DNA from: a virus
Taxonomy: Duplodnaviria > Caudoviricetes
Strand: one strand, 5' to 3'
IMG/VR virus record: IMGVR_UViG_3300037483_000621
Coordinates: 1-34,547 of that record
DNA: 34,547 nt
Part shown: positions 34,430-34,547 of the stretch, piece by piece
Layout of the letters: each line of letters begins with the position of its first letter
Position numbering within the stretch: the stretch's first letter is position 1
Notes under the pieces: generated by a model
What the model was told of the DNA's origin: nothing
What the model saw: the letters and a program-made list of their open reading frames with translations, nothing else
Database searches by the model: none
Made by a program: the position numbers and the translations under genes

Positions 34430-34547
34430 ATGCCCCGAGCCCTGCCGATCATCGATACCGCCGCACCGGTGTGTTGCGCGCCGATCGGCGAGCACTCGAC
34501 AGACCTCGAGGCCGACGCTCTCCAGATTGCGACGCGCCTCAAGGCGC
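34430..34547 (+). CDS. ArsR/SmtB regulator, Rv2640c-like (5' part only)
   Basis: MPRALPIIDTAAPVCCAPI...ALQIATRLKA matches the Rv2640c-family N-terminus; GAGAAT -10 six nt before ATG. Confidence 0.85.
   Translation, partial: MPRALPIIDTAAPVCCAPIGEHSTDLEADALQIATRLKA

Overview
High-GC actinobacterial chromosome segment holding a complete, apparently intact ~32.8 kb HK97-type siphovirus prophage (1171..33966). It is integrated in the 3' end of tRNA-Arg(ACG), with 35-bp att cores at 1171..1205 and 33932..33966. Host flanks are a class I fructose-bisphosphate aldolase on the left, and tRNA-Arg, tRNA-Ser(GCT), a tiny Cys-rich peptide gene and an Rv2640c-like ArsR regulator on the right. Main signals: (1) attP lies inside the immunity repressor gene. 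Integration makes a TGA stop (98-aa repressor); excision restores a 141-aa form ending in an ssrA-like -RAA tail. It is paired with a small arm-less tyrosine integrase, as in integration-dependent immunity. (2) An acr-aca-like operon has a near-consensus promoter with a palindromic operator, an unknown 76-aa gene and an Aca2/DUF1870-like HTH gene, giving a candidate new anti-CRISPR or anti-defence protein. (3) A 1.2-kb stretch appears coding on both strands, with a chain of start/stop-coupled minus-strand ORFs bridging two counter-oriented plus-strand genes. (4) A 27-aa peptide with four Cys-Cys pairs sits under paired ArsR-type boxes. All family assignments are by eye from motifs; no database searches were run.
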